This document shows, in pieces, positions 29,271 to 39,452 of a stretch of 64,000 nucleotides of DNA (within the stretch, counting starts at the first letter, position 1; every line of letters begins with the position of its first letter). The position numbers and the translations under genes are program-made. The notes beneath the pieces were generated by a model that worked only from the letters and a program-made list of their open reading frames with translations, did no database searches and was not told where the DNA came from. Source of the DNA: Candidatus Poribacteria bacterium (lineage in GTDB: Bacteria > Poribacteria > WGA-4E > WGA-3G); contig OZ240248.1 in the NCBI GenBank assembly GCA_965198235.1, positions 4,224,001 to 4,288,000 of the forward strand, read 5' to 3'.

Positions 29271-29990
29271 TTACCAAGAACGAACGAAAGTCATTCTACC
29301 GGTAATCCCTGTTTCATCATCACCTTTTTGGGTTTCAAATCCAACAAAAACGCCGAGCGTGTTATTTTCGCCATAGCCGACATTGGCACGGAGACCAGGG
29401 GCTAAACTACTGAGTCCGCCTTCGGTTAAATCAAGCGTTACTTCTACTTGTGGACCAACAGAGAGTGTGTCATTGAGCGACAGAAGCACAAAATTGCGGA
29501 GGTAGAACGAATCCCCTGCTTCTTCATCGAACATAGAATTGAAGAAGCCTTGTATCCACGACTCAAAGTAGATGGAACCAGCGGTGAGATAGGTAAACAA
29601 TTGCGGGGCAATCAAGGAAGAAGGACCGTTCGGGGCGGCGTAGTCAAACCCAATACCTACCATGGGGAGGAAACTGAGGGACAGTGAATCACTATCAACG
29701 ACCGGAATGCCAATTCCGAGGTCTAATTCACCAAAAGTATCAACAACGTAAATATCAGTATCCAGAGAGAGACCGCCGAGGAAACTTGGAGAATGGCTGG
29801 CACCAACCCAGATCTGTGTTCCTAAACTATCTGTATCGGTCCGGAACCATCCGGAAACACCTGATGATTCTTCTTCTGCCATCTCTTCACCCGCTTCATG
29901 CGCGTCTGCATAAACCATGGGGATACTACCAACTGCAAAAATACAAACCATTACTAACAAACGAACCAACCAAAACGTATGCGTTTTCAT
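29271..29990 (-). CDS. Putative small outer-membrane beta-barrel protein (paralog 1)
   Basis: Signal peptide, acidic linker, amphipathic strands, C-terminal GRMTFVRSW; paralog at 34413. Confidence 0.7.
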   Translation of the reverse strand: MKTHTFWLVRLLVMVCIFAVGSIPMVYADAHEAGEEMAEEESSGVSGWFRTDTDSLGTQIWVGASHSPSFLGGLSLDTDIYVVDTFGELDLGIGIPVVDSDSLSLSFLPMVGIGFDYAAPNGPSSLIAPQLFTYLTAGSIYFESWIQGFFNSMFDEEAGDSFYLRNFVLLSLNDTLSVGPQVEVTLDLTEGGLSSLAPGLRANVGYGENNTLGVFVGFETQKGDDETGITGRMTFVRSW

Positions 29991-30213
29991 TTTTTACCTC
30001 TTGGAGTTTTACTCCGATTTTTCCGTTTTGACCAACAACTCGTGCCTTTTTCTACGGTGCGTTAGTGCCAGTCTGCGGCTTTCATGGAGAACGAGCCCGC
30101 TTGACTTCAGCATAAATTTGTGATATAGTGATTTTGCCTGTCTTTTTCGACCCTTTTTCAACAAAAGGGGGCAGGCTTTCACCAGTGCTTACTGTGCACC
30201 TGTTTCCATTTTA

Positions 30214-30229
30214 AGCAAAAAGTGTGCCA
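30214..30229 (-). promoter_or_regulatory. Sigma54 (-24/-12) promoter for the barrel-amt-amtB cluster
   Basis: Minus strand TGGCAC-ACTTT-TTGCT matches the TGGCAC-N5-TTGCW consensus exactly. Confidence 0.8.
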
Positions 30230-30490
30230 ATTGCCTTTTGGCGCAGCTTGCAAGCCAAAACTTGCTGTCGTAAAGTATAGAGAAATATTCCGTTTGCAAA
30301 CCCATATAAGAAAGCCCATACTGTCGCGCGCAAAGACTGGGATTCGTAAGTTATAGATAAACACAAGACCTCACCAACTGAATAGGAACATGGAACTATC
30401 CAAAACTTTCAGAAACGTCCAGATATAGTCGGAAACCAGATTAACCTTACAAGTCAATCTGCAAGAAAGCGCATAATTAAAAAACAAAAA

Positions 30491-31897
30491 ATGCTGAAAT
30501 TTTCAACAAAACATTGCCCAAAAAAGATGCAAATGGTGCTTTTGAGCGTTGTCGTGCTGTTCGGAGTAGCACTCCGATTTTGGAACTTGGGGCAATGGAG
30601 TTTCTGGATTGATGAGGTTTTCACCGTCCGAGACGCACAAAACCTCTCATTTGACAGTTGGCAAGTTATCCCAAATCCGATTCCCTATTTCACAGTGAAA
30701 CTATCAATCTTGCTGGGTGGCAGTAGCGAATGGGGGAGCCGATTAATTCCGTGCATAGTCGGAATCGCCTCCATTCCCGCGGTTTTTGGGTTAGGACGAA
30801 CGCTATTCAATTGGCGAATCGGGCTCCTCGGTGGTGCATTCGTCGCATGCTCAAGTTGGCACCTGTTTTGGGCACAAAATGCGCGTTACCCCGTTTTTAC
30901 CTTTTTCTTTGCTGTCCTGACGGCGTGGTTTTTCTATACATCTCTCGAACGCGACGCAACGCTTTTGATGATAGGTGCGCTCGTCTCCTGTTTCTGTTTA
31001 ATCCTTTCACATACCCTCTCCGTTGTGATGGTTCCAGGGTTAGCTGCGTATGCCGTGATCTGTCTATTAGAAAAATCCGATAGAAAGCGGTGGTTGAATC
31101 TACTCATCTTCTTTATCCCGTTCGCGATGCCGGTGCTGGCACTCGCGCTTCCACAAGTTCGAGGCTATCTCTTCTTTGGGTGGGGACGCAACGAATGGCA
31201 GCGGAGTCCACTCTACATCGTGCTAACACTCGTCCAAGGCGTGAGTATTCCAGTCACCATTACCGCCTTTTTTGCTCCCGTCGCAACGCGATTCAATAGA
31301 GCCACGCTTTTTTTACTCTGTTATGCTGGTGTCCCGTTAATTCTTTTTCTGATTGCATCTCAACTCCAAAACGTCGCTGGTTATTACCTATTTTGGACAA
31401 CACCCGTCTACTTTATTCTGGCAGGAGTTACGTGTGAACGGATATGGAAAGCAATAGAGACGGAATCAGGAAGTGTCTTCGGTGTACTTGTGCCGTGTGT
31501 ACTTCTGGTGACACTCCTGTCGCAAGACTATCTCTATTTTAAAATCGAAAACGGGGGGAGACCGAAATGGCGGGAGGCGTTTGAAGTCGTACAAGCAGAA
31601 AAAAAACCTACCGACAAAGTAGTACTTTCCGAACCTGAGATGGGTAGGTATTACCTTCGGGAATTGACACCCATCTACATCGGCAGGTTATTAGACAATT
31701 CAGAAGCGTTTGAAAGAGAATGGGAAACTTCGGGAAGAGAACGGTTATGGTTTCTTGTGGATGTCGCGAGCTTTAATGTCTTTGATGCGGACGAGGCAGT
31801 TCGCAACTGGATCCGCCAACGGGGACGCATGGTAAAAACATTGCCTGCCTTTTCACGCGCAAAAGACAGGACAATTCACGTTTATCTACTGGAATAG
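30491..31897 (+). CDS. GT-C fold membrane glycosyltransferase (PMT/ArnT-like)
   Basis: LRFWNLGQWSFWIDE, SEWGSRL, HLFWAQNARY; many TM segments. Confidence 0.82.
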   Translation: MLKFSTKHCPKKMQMVLLSVVVLFGVALRFWNLGQWSFWIDEVFTVRDAQNLSFDSWQVIPNPIPYFTVKLSILLGGSSEWGSRLIPCIVGIASIPAVFGLGRTLFNWRIGLLGGAFVACSSWHLFWAQNARYPVFTFFFAVLTAWFFYTSLERDATLLMIGALVSCFCLILSHTLSVVMVPGLAAYAVICLLEKSDRKRWLNLLIFFIPFAMPVLALALPQVRGYLFFGWGRNEWQRSPLYIVLTLVQGVSIPVTITAFFAPVATRFNRATLFLLCYAGVPLILFLIASQLQNVAGYYLFWTTPVYFILAGVTCERIWKAIETESGSVFGVLVPCVLLVTLLSQDYLYFKIENGGRPKWREAFEVVQAEKKPTDKVVLSEPEMGRYYLRELTPIYIGRLLDNSEAFEREWETSGRERLWFLVDVASFNVFDADEAVRNWIRQRGRMVKTLPAFSRAKDRTIHVYLLE

Positions 31898-31956
31898 AAT
31901 ACAGCGATCATACAAATACCCCCTGTGAAAAAGCACCAAATGCCGACCTCCGCCCG

Positions 31957-34158
31957 CTATATCCCAAAGGTATTGGTATACTTGAGTAGCACTGTGCGCC
32001 CCCTCGTCAGCAATTGTCTTGGTATCTCATAACGGTCCCTATATGTATTGAGATTTTCATTGTAAACCAACCACAAGTCATTCCCTTCACGGAAATTATA
32101 TCGAAACCGAATATTCGTTGAGAACCGATCACTGGCAGTATTGTATTGCACAAAAGCATTCAGGGAAACTTGTGTGTTTAGAGCTGCCCGTGTCCGAAGC
32201 CGAACGACATGTGCATTAAATCCCTGATTGCGTTCAGGGAAACGGACGATATTGACTTCGTACTCACTGCTCATTTCTAAATGTCGTGACACATTCCAAG
32301 TCGGTTCTATACCAAAATCAAGTCGCCAACCGTCATAAAATCCGCCGAAAGCCCAATCGAAATCCGCGCGGAATAAGCTTCCACTGGGGGTCTCAAAACC
32401 CCCTTCAGTCTTGAAATTGGTGTAGTTTCCCGCCGGGATCACCGTATCTTCGGGAAAATCTTCATCTTCGGGCAGATCTTCATAATCCATCTCAAAGTCT
32501 ATCCAGACATCTGCCCCAGACTTCCACTGCAGATCGGTATCATAAGCGAGATGCGCGGATTCCACAGATCTATCTTCATTGCGGAGTACAATGAACCCGG
32601 AAAACTGTAGCGGGCTTACTTTTCTAATTGAGGTTTCCTCCCCCATTAGCCAATCATAAGTAGCCTTTCCTCGCAGCAGCGTGAAATCCTCTCGCCTTGT
32701 ATATCCAACCCCTGGCAAAAAATCTTTGCCGCTTCGGGCTGCGGCAAGCTGATAATCAAATCCAACATCGGTGCGGCGAGTGAGTTCTGTAAGAAACATC
32801 GCTGTATCGAAAAAATTGGATGCTTGCTTTTGAATGATTTCGTCTTCAAAGGTTTGTCCCCACTTAATGGTTAAATATTCTTTTCCAAACAGCCGGAAAA
32901 TGCCGTCAAGCCCATACGCGAAGTTGTAATTTCCTTTTTCGTCAATACGGTTTGTTACCATGATGCCAGCGTAGGAATATGGGTTGAGAACTTGCCGACG
33001 TAGCCGTAGCACTCCGAAGTTTTCTCTCGGGATGTCCGCCTTACGTGCGGTTTGCAGGTCAAGAAAACCGAGGTCCCAATTCCCGATACGTCCAACAAGT
33101 CTTGCCCCACCAATGATGGGAATCTGTTCACCACTTCGGATGCCGATGCGGCGGCTATGAAAAAGTCGAGCACGATTGACGAAATTGAAGGAAAAAAGCC
33201 CGGAACGTTCTTGAAAGAATTGCCTTTTTTCCGGGAAGAAGAGCGAAAACCGGCTTAGATTAACTTGTTGATCGTCTGCTTCCACCTGGGCAAAGTCAGG
33301 GTTTAGTGTTGTATCCAAAGTCAGGTTGCTGGTGACATTATATTTAATATCGACCCCAATATTTCTTGCCAATTCATTTTTGAGATGGTAGACGGTCTCG
33401 GCCTCGTTGAAGGTGGGTGTCTGTTCAAATCCGCCAATAGCGTAAGGCGTAAAGTAAACTGGTTTCTGACTGTAAACCTGATCTAAAAGTACAGGGTGTG
33501 CTCGAGATGGGGTATCAATATCACGCTCCGGAGACAGGTCTGGAAAGACCAGTCGTTCGTTTTTTCGGGCAATATCTCGATAGGTGATTAACCCCATGAC
33601 AACCCTACCCTTTTCATCCTGAAAACTTAGGCTGGAGAACGGAATACGCATTTCAACGAACCACCCCTCTTCATTCTGAACTGTGGCGACATCCCAATAG
33701 GTATTCCAGTTCTCGTTCTCCGATTTGCCATCATCAAAGATGGCTTCATCGCCTCGAATACCAGCCGGGGTTGTCCAAAATGATAGGGCACTGTTCCTAT
33801 CGTTGAAGGTATCAAGAATGATTCCGAACTTATCATCCTTGCTCGATCTGTCGCGATAGAGGGAGTTCACACGAATCCCGGAGGGATCGGTATCATAACA
33901 TCGCGCTGAACAGTAGAAATAATCCTGATCATAAGCAATTCTGATTTCAGTTCTCTCGGTGGGTTCACCCTTATAAGTGGGTCTATTCATGGTCATGGGT
34001 AGTGGCTCAATCTTCTGCCATCCGGGTTCGTCACTGAAGCCATCAATTTGGATAGATTCCGTCAAACGGGTTAACCGTATAGGTTCTTGGGCGTTAATGA
34101 TGTTCGCAGAAACGAAAAGAATTAAAATCACGCCCACTATCGCAGATTTAGACATCAC
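31957..34158 (-). CDS. CBM9-like plus DUF5916-type outer-membrane protein
   Basis: IQIDG...EPGW, EMRIPFSSL, NPDFAQVEADDQQVNLSRFSLFFPEKRQFFQE, C-terminal KYTNTF. Confidence 0.8.
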   Translation of the reverse strand: MMSKSAIVGVILILFVSANIINAQEPIRLTRLTESIQIDGFSDEPGWQKIEPLPMTMNRPTYKGEPTERTEIRIAYDQDYFYCSARCYDTDPSGIRVNSLYRDRSSKDDKFGIILDTFNDRNSALSFWTTPAGIRGDEAIFDDGKSENENWNTYWDVATVQNEEGWFVEMRIPFSSLSFQDEKGRVVMGLITYRDIARKNERLVFPDLSPERDIDTPSRAHPVLLDQVYSQKPVYFTPYAIGGFEQTPTFNEAETVYHLKNELARNIGVDIKYNVTSNLTLDTTLNPDFAQVEADDQQVNLSRFSLFFPEKRQFFQERSGLFSFNFVNRARLFHSRRIGIRSGEQIPIIGGARLVGRIGNWDLGFLDLQTARKADIPRENFGVLRLRRQVLNPYSYAGIMVTNRIDEKGNYNFAYGLDGIFRLFGKEYLTIKWGQTFEDEIIQKQASNFFDTAMFLTELTRRTDVGFDYQLAAARSGKDFLPGVGYTRREDFTLLRGKATYDWLMGEETSIRKVSPLQFSGFIVLRNEDRSVESAHLAYDTDLQWKSGADVWIDFEMDYEDLPEDEDFPEDTVIPAGNYTNFKTEGGFETPSGSLFRADFDWAFGGFYDGWRLDFGIEPTWNVSRHLEMSSEYEVNIVRFPERNQGFNAHVVRLRTRAALNTQVSLNAFVQYNTASDRFSTNIRFRYNFREGNDLWLVYNENLNTYRDRYEIPRQLLTRGRTVLLKYTNTFGI

Positions 34159-34412
34159 ATTATTTTTCCTTCCAACGCATCAAAATGCGTTATGTCTGGG
34201 GTTGATGCGTGTTTGATGAAATGATGATAATATGGATTGTTCATTGTCTAAATCAAGTTCTATAAATTTACAAGGGACTGCGATTCAGAATGCATATCTT
34301 ATTTTTAACGGAAAAAGACGCGCTTTGCATCTGTTTGAAGCAGGCCCACATGCCTATCGGGTAGGAACGATCTCTCAATCGCGGCCATTTGGTATAAGAA
34401 GGAAAAAGGGTG

Positions 34413-35165
34413 TTACCATGTCCGAGTGAAATTCATTCTACCCGTAAGCCCAGTTTCACCTTCCTCTTTCTTTGTCTCATATCCGAGATATAAGCCGAGG
34501 GTGTTATTTTCTCCATAACCGACGTTCAAACGTCCACCGAAATTGAGTGCCCACAGTCCACCGCCATCGCCGAGACCGAGCACGGCTTCAGCCTGTGGAC
34601 CAACCGCGACAGTGTCATTAAGAGCGTATGTGAGATAATTACGGGTGTAGAGTTCGTTTAGGCTTTCGTTATCAAATATCGACTTGACTGTACCGATTGT
34701 CCAATGAAAACCATAGATTTTACCGGCAGGTAAAAAAGCAAATATTTGTGGAAATAGGGCATTTGGACCGTCCGCAGTGGTATAATCAAACCCAACACCG
34801 AGCATCGGGAGCAGAATAAGCGTCAAGTTGTCACTCTTCACAACAGGGAATGAAACCCCCATATCAAACTCACCGAAATGATCGTTAACATAGATGTTGG
34901 AGTCAAACGCAACGCCACCGAGGGGATGGCTGGCACCAATTAAAAAATAAGTACCTAAGCTATCAACATCAATTTGAAACCAGCCTGTAATATTCGGTTT
35001 TTCTTCCATCGGCTTTTCTTCTGCTTTTTCACCTTCCATTTCATGACCATCGGCGAAGGCAGTAGAGAAACCAACAATAGACATCACACAAACTATTAAC
35101 ACGACAATAGCTAATGTAAAGACTTTATTGAAAATCTGTACAGGACAGATGAGACGATTGTTCAT
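34413..35165 (-). CDS. Putative small outer-membrane beta-barrel protein (paralog 2)
   Basis: Shares GWF..D.DSLGT, GASH, G.GFDY, LNDT..VGPQ, NVGYGENNTLG and ETG.TGRM.F.R.W with 29271..29990; GGAG RBS before ATG 35165. Confidence 0.7.
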   Translation of the reverse strand: MNNRLICPVQIFNKVFTLAIVVLIVCVMSIVGFSTAFADGHEMEGEKAEEKPMEEKPNITGWFQIDVDSLGTYFLIGASHPLGGVAFDSNIYVNDHFGEFDMGVSFPVVKSDNLTLILLPMLGVGFDYTTADGPNALFPQIFAFLPAGKIYGFHWTIGTVKSIFDNESLNELYTRNYLTYALNDTVAVGPQAEAVLGLGDGGGLWALNFGGRLNVGYGENNTLGLYLGYETKKEEGETGLTGRMNFTRTW

Positions 35166-35282
35166 GAAAATCTCCTTTGCTTGATGGGACAGAGACATCA
35201 AAACTTGCCCTAAAAATTATTTCAAAATCTGATTGCAGTAATTTCTCGTCAACAATTATAGAGAGTCATCTTTCGGCTTTTA

Positions 35283-35404
35283 TAGGACTTACGCAAATTT
35301 GGAGTCGATGCCGACCTTGAGCGGATATTACCGAAGAACGCGCAATGAATTGCGCTACTACGAACGAAAGACCGCACGAAAACGGGTGAACTGCGTAAGT
35401 CCTA
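35283..35404. mobile_element. MITE family A, copy 1 (122 bp)
   Basis: 13-bp TIR TAGGACTTACGCA/TGCGTAAGTCCTA; 5-bp direct repeat TTTTA on both sides. Confidence 0.85.
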
Positions 35405-35406
35405 TT

Positions 35407-36096
35407 TTAATTAGCTTGCTCAACCTGTTCCATAAGCCACTCCACTTTACTCGGATCTTTTATACCCTTTGATGCTTCAACACCAGAACAGAGGTCGATG
35501 CCGTGGGGACGAATTGTCTCAATAGCGGCTTTGACATTCTCCGGACGAATCCCACCTGCGAAGAAAACGGGCAGCGGACTCTCTGCAATGAGCTCAGCAG
35601 CGACATTCCAATCACAGGTTTTTCCTGTACCGCCGTATCTCGGTTTCTCAAGACTTACATCAACGCTATCAAACAGCAGGAAATTCGCGCCAGCATCTCG
35701 GTACGCCAGCATCTCTTCTCGAACAGCCGGGACATCCACATTTTTAGGACTTCCCGCCGGCAAATAGACAGACTTCCAGAACTCACATGCGCTTGTGCGC
35801 TTAAGTTCCTCAACCTGCTGTGGAGACTCCTGTCCAAGGAGTTGAACGGCAAATGGCTGAACCTGCGAGACTATTTCTTGGATGTCGGACGTTGAGCGGT
35901 TATAGAGTAGAATTACGGTAGGAATAGGACTCTCGCTTGCAATTTCGGCGGCTTGAGTCGCGGAGCGTGTCCGTTCAGATACGGCAACATCAACCAACAC
36001 CCCGATGTAATCCGCTCCCGCATCAGCAGCAAGTCGAGCATCATGGATAGAGGTAGTGCCACAGATTTTGACACTGCAGCCGGATTCTTTAGACAT
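35407..36096 (-). CDS. trpF: Phosphoribosylanthranilate isomerase
   Basis: VKICGTT, GADYIG, LLFDS...GGTGKTCDW, FAGGIRPENV, DLCSGVE. Confidence 0.92.
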   Translation of the reverse strand: MSKESGCSVKICGTTSIHDARLAADAGADYIGVLVDVAVSERTRSATQAAEIASESPIPTVILLYNRSTSDIQEIVSQVQPFAVQLLGQESPQQVEELKRTSACEFWKSVYLPAGSPKNVDVPAVREEMLAYRDAGANFLLFDSVDVSLEKPRYGGTGKTCDWNVAAELIAESPLPVFFAGGIRPENVKAAIETIRPHGIDLCSGVEASKGIKDPSKVEWLMEQVEQAN

Positions 36097-36181
36097 TTTT
36101 TAATTATTCCTTGCGGTTCAGTGACGTGGTTTGAAATGTGGCGGTTTTTCCTTGGAGTCGCCCTCCATTTCATTACGGGCT
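36096..36181 (-). repeat. Family F repeat abutting the trpF start codon
   Basis: Minus strand GCCCGTAATGAAATGGAGGGCG...GAACCGCAAGGAATAATTAAAAA-ATG. Confidence 0.7.
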
Positions 36182-36285
36182 TGGTTTTTGAGCGAATAAG
36201 AAGATAGCAAAACTACTGACCGCTGATTACAGCATCATAATTTGGGGGCACTGCCACAATGCCTGACCACTACACCTTACTTAAT

Positions 36286-36407
36286 TAGGACTTACGCAAT
36301 TTTGTTCATAGCCCGCTCGCTTAGAGAGGGATCGTATAAAAAACGCAGGCGTTGTGTGGCACAACCTAACAGGTTATGCTACAAAAGAGGACGCTGCGTA
36401 AGTCCCA
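36286..36407. mobile_element. MITE family A, copy 2 (122 bp)
   Basis: TAGGACTTACGCA/TGCGTAAGTCCCA; 5-bp direct repeat TTAAT. Confidence 0.85.
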
Positions 36408-36446
36408 TTAATAAGGTACTGAGGACCTCATCCACACAATAACTAC

Positions 36447-36806
36447 TCACTCTTCAAAGATGGTTTGCCGATCGGCATCCGAATAACAGATAATCATCGT
36501 TACGGGTTGCCAACCGGTGTTGACGGCATTGTGCTTGACATTACGTGGAATACGCAGCATCATTCCCGGTCTGAGCGGGATAACCTCATCTCCCAACCTG
36601 TGATCGCATTCACCTGAAAGAACATAGATAAGCTCCTCACAGTTCGGATGATAGTGGGTAGGATTGCCTTCACCGGCGTTAATATAGACAATACCAAACG
36701 TCATCTCAGCTTCTGGATCAATCTGATCGTTACAGAGCCACTTAATCGCGCCCCACGGGAATTCAAGCGCGCCGGTATCGTTGCTGTTAGTTAACGTTAT
36801 TTCCAT
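36447..36806 (-). CDS. Cupin domain protein
   Basis: HYHPNCEELIYVLSG...IPRNVKHNAVN. Confidence 0.9.
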   Translation of the reverse strand: MEITLTNSNDTGALEFPWGAIKWLCNDQIDPEAEMTFGIVYINAGEGNPTHYHPNCEELIYVLSGECDHRLGDEVIPLRPGMMLRIPRNVKHNAVNTGWQPVTMIICYSDADRQTIFEE

Positions 36807-36959
36807 AGTGGTTTCCTTTTTTTAAACTTCATCAAACTTCGCCAGCGGCGGTGGGGTTCGTTCGCTGAACAACTGCCTACATATTTCCGGGCTTTACTAT
36901 AAAGTGCCGGCAAGGAATGTCCAGTGGACATTCTGATCTTCAAGCATAAACTATTGTTA

Positions 36960-37119
36960 ACCCAAGCCACTTTTTTATTCACATAGCACCCCTCTGGGAT
37001 GCGGCTTCTCGAATGGCCGATTTTCTATAGACATAACACCCCTACGGGGTGTAAAAAGAAGTTTTTACTTGAAAAATCTATGTTCAAACGTTCAAGACCT
37101 ATTAGGTAGCAACTTGGAT
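36960..37119. mobile_element. MITE family B, copy 2
   Basis: TA|ACCCAAG...GCAACTTGGAT|TA; internal CATAGCACCCCTCTGGGATGC and CTATAGACATAACACCCCTACGGGGTG. Confidence 0.6.
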
Positions 37120-37161
37120 TATTGTTAAAAACCTTTCGCATAGTCAACGCTTGGCAACCCA

Positions 37162-38007
37162 TTAAAAAACTTCAAAACAAATTAAACACTGCAAGGCATA
37201 CGCTTGTAGTCCCATCGTAGGCTCTTCGTGAAGATAGCCGATAGGAGCAGAGATAGCCCGCACACTGCGAATTTGCATATCAAGTGCCCGATGTGTATGT
37301 CCGAAGAGCGCATGCGTGACAAGAGGCTCCTGTAAGCATTGTGTACCGAGATGCTTGCTGCCCATGAACGCCTGAAAAAAATCCCACGGCAACTCACCGC
37401 GGTATCGGATACACTCCCGAAACGGAACATGGTGTGTGACGACAACGATACGTGATACATCGTCCCGAATAGAGGCAATCTGCGCCTCAAGATCTGCTTC
37501 AAAACGCCGGGCAACAACAGGATCAGGAGCCTCCCATTTGGCGTACCGCTTATCGTTCCAGACGGCTCCCATCAACTCCTTTTCGGCATATTGATTATCG
37601 GAGAAATCGTACCCATCCGGGGCAAAACTATAATCGTACCAGCCGATAGTCCCACAGAAACCGATTTTCTCCCTGACAAAGGGTTCATCCATCAACGGAT
37701 GAAATCCGCACGCATAACAAAGTTCCGAAATAATCCCGCATTTCTGTTCACTTGTAACGTTAGAGGTCTCAATAGCCCAGATGTCATGGTTACCGGGGAC
37801 AAACACTATCTCACATGCCAAATCCGCAAGGTGAAAGGCATTCAGCGTTTCAGAAAGCTGAACTAAATGTCGTGCGAGATCTCCAGCGAGCACTAAAACG
37901 TCAAGTTCTGCTGCCCTAACAGCATCAATGAGATGCGGCACAAGTGCCTTGTTCCAAGGCGTAACGTCCGTGTGCAAGTCTGAAATGAGTCCAATTTTCA
38001 TTTTCAA
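37162..38007 (-). CDS. Calcineurin-like metallophosphoesterase
   Basis: SDLH, AGD, PGNHD, THHVP, FGHTH. Confidence 0.9.
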   Translation of the reverse strand: MKMKIGLISDLHTDVTPWNKALVPHLIDAVRAAELDVLVLAGDLARHLVQLSETLNAFHLADLACEIVFVPGNHDIWAIETSNVTSEQKCGIISELCYACGFHPLMDEPFVREKIGFCGTIGWYDYSFAPDGYDFSDNQYAEKELMGAVWNDKRYAKWEAPDPVVARRFEADLEAQIASIRDDVSRIVVVTHHVPFRECIRYRGELPWDFFQAFMGSKHLGTQCLQEPLVTHALFGHTHRALDMQIRSVRAISAPIGYLHEEPTMGLQAYALQCLICFEVF

Positions 38008-39452
38008 TCGTTAGAAAATTCCAAACCCCTGAAAACCTCATCCAGAAAGATACGCACCCCACTGTCATCGTCCTGCTGGTACTGTTGAAGCTGGCGTTCC
38101 AACGCTCGGATTGAAGGCACATCGCCGATTTTCGCAATAGCGTCTACAAGTGTGAGTTGAATCGCGGATTCAGTGCTGTTTTCCAAGGCATTAATCAATC
38201 GATCCCGCGCCTTAGATCCACCAATGCCCCCGAGTGCAGAAGCAGTAATATCCTTCGTGCTGGTGTCTCCCTTTTCAAACGCAGTAATAAGAGCATCAAC
38301 AGCGGGTTCACCAATCTGACTGAGTGCTAACCCAGCTTGAAAGCGGATGCCGGGAATTTCTGCGGAGTTTTCAAGAACAACAATGAGAGGATCGATCGCA
38401 GAAACGGGTTTGAGAATTCCGAGCATAGCAAGACAGGCGCGTCGAATTTCCTGCTCCGGTTCCACTTTAATTTGGATGTATTCTTGCACAAGCTTAGCGA
38501 GTTGCCCTTCGTTAATTCTTTGATAAAGTGCTTCGGATCTGTGTCTGAATTGCGTCCCGAAGGGAGCCTTAAGGGTAGCAGTATTCTCGGTCCTATCCAC
38601 AGTGAGTAAACCGAGGATCGCAGCAGATTCCAACTGCCGTGCCTGAAGACTATCGGCTGGAAGTTGGTTCACATCCGCGCTTTGAAACTCCTGAAAAAGG
38701 TCATTTAGGACACTCAATTCAACGAGGTGCTGAAGACTATTAATTGATTCTTTCCGGAGTGAGAACTCTGTGCTATTTTCGAAGAGGTCCACGAGTGGCT
38801 CAATCGCACGGATATCGCCTAAGTCTCCGAGCGCGTCCACAGCGGCAATTTTCACGCCTATTAATTCAGTGGTTCGGAACGTAAACTGCTTTTTAGAAAG
38901 CTTTCCGAGCGTCTTCTTGTAATCATCAAGACTATAAATTTTGCGCTCATCGACAATCTTCTCAACGATGTCCCCTACCTGAATATCGGTATTCGCTGCG
39001 GGGGTACCGGGTTGAATCTGTTTGACACGCACAGTGCCACTGCCTTCAACGCTGAGCCCTACCTTATCTCCCTGTCTGCGGAGAGCGATACGCAGTGGTG
39101 GCTTATCTTTTAAATGAAGAATGAAGTTATTATCCTCATCCAGTACCTGCTTTATCGCACTGTTAAAGTCTCCAACGTCTCGGACAGGGTATTCTGCAAT
39201 GACATAAGAGATAAGTTCACCGCTCTCAAGCTGTGCTCTATCTGCGGGTCCACTCGGTGTCGTATTCAAAACAACGACACCGCTTGTCGACCAGCGATCT
39301 TTCAGGTCACTGTCTAACTGCTGCACCTGCATTTTTAGGCGTTCATCGTAATACTGATTATCACATCCGAGTCCCAGCATTAGTACAAAAAGGAGTGACA
39401 CGATAAACACCAAGTAGTGAGGTTTGTTAAACCGTGTTATTTTCTTTCGCAT
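38004..39452 (-). CDS. Putative lipoprotein with PDZ domains and HEAT repeats
   Basis: Lipobox-like LGLGC; PSGPADRAQLESGELI and PGTPAANTDIQVGDIV (PDZ); ALGDLGDIRAIEPL and ALSQIGEPAVDAL (HEAT). Confidence 0.78.
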   Translation of the reverse strand: MRKKITRFNKPHYLVFIVSLLFVLMLGLGCDNQYYDERLKMQVQQLDSDLKDRWSTSGVVVLNTTPSGPADRAQLESGELISYVIAEYPVRDVGDFNSAIKQVLDEDNNFILHLKDKPPLRIALRRQGDKVGLSVEGSGTVRVKQIQPGTPAANTDIQVGDIVEKIVDERKIYSLDDYKKTLGKLSKKQFTFRTTELIGVKIAAVDALGDLGDIRAIEPLVDLFENSTEFSLRKESINSLQHLVELSVLNDLFQEFQSADVNQLPADSLQARQLESAAILGLLTVDRTENTATLKAPFGTQFRHRSEALYQRINEGQLAKLVQEYIQIKVEPEQEIRRACLAMLGILKPVSAIDPLIVVLENSAEIPGIRFQAGLALSQIGEPAVDALITAFEKGDTSTKDITASALGGIGGSKARDRLINALENSTESAIQLTLVDAIAKIGDVPSIRALERQLQQYQQDDDSGVRIFLDEVFRGLEFSND

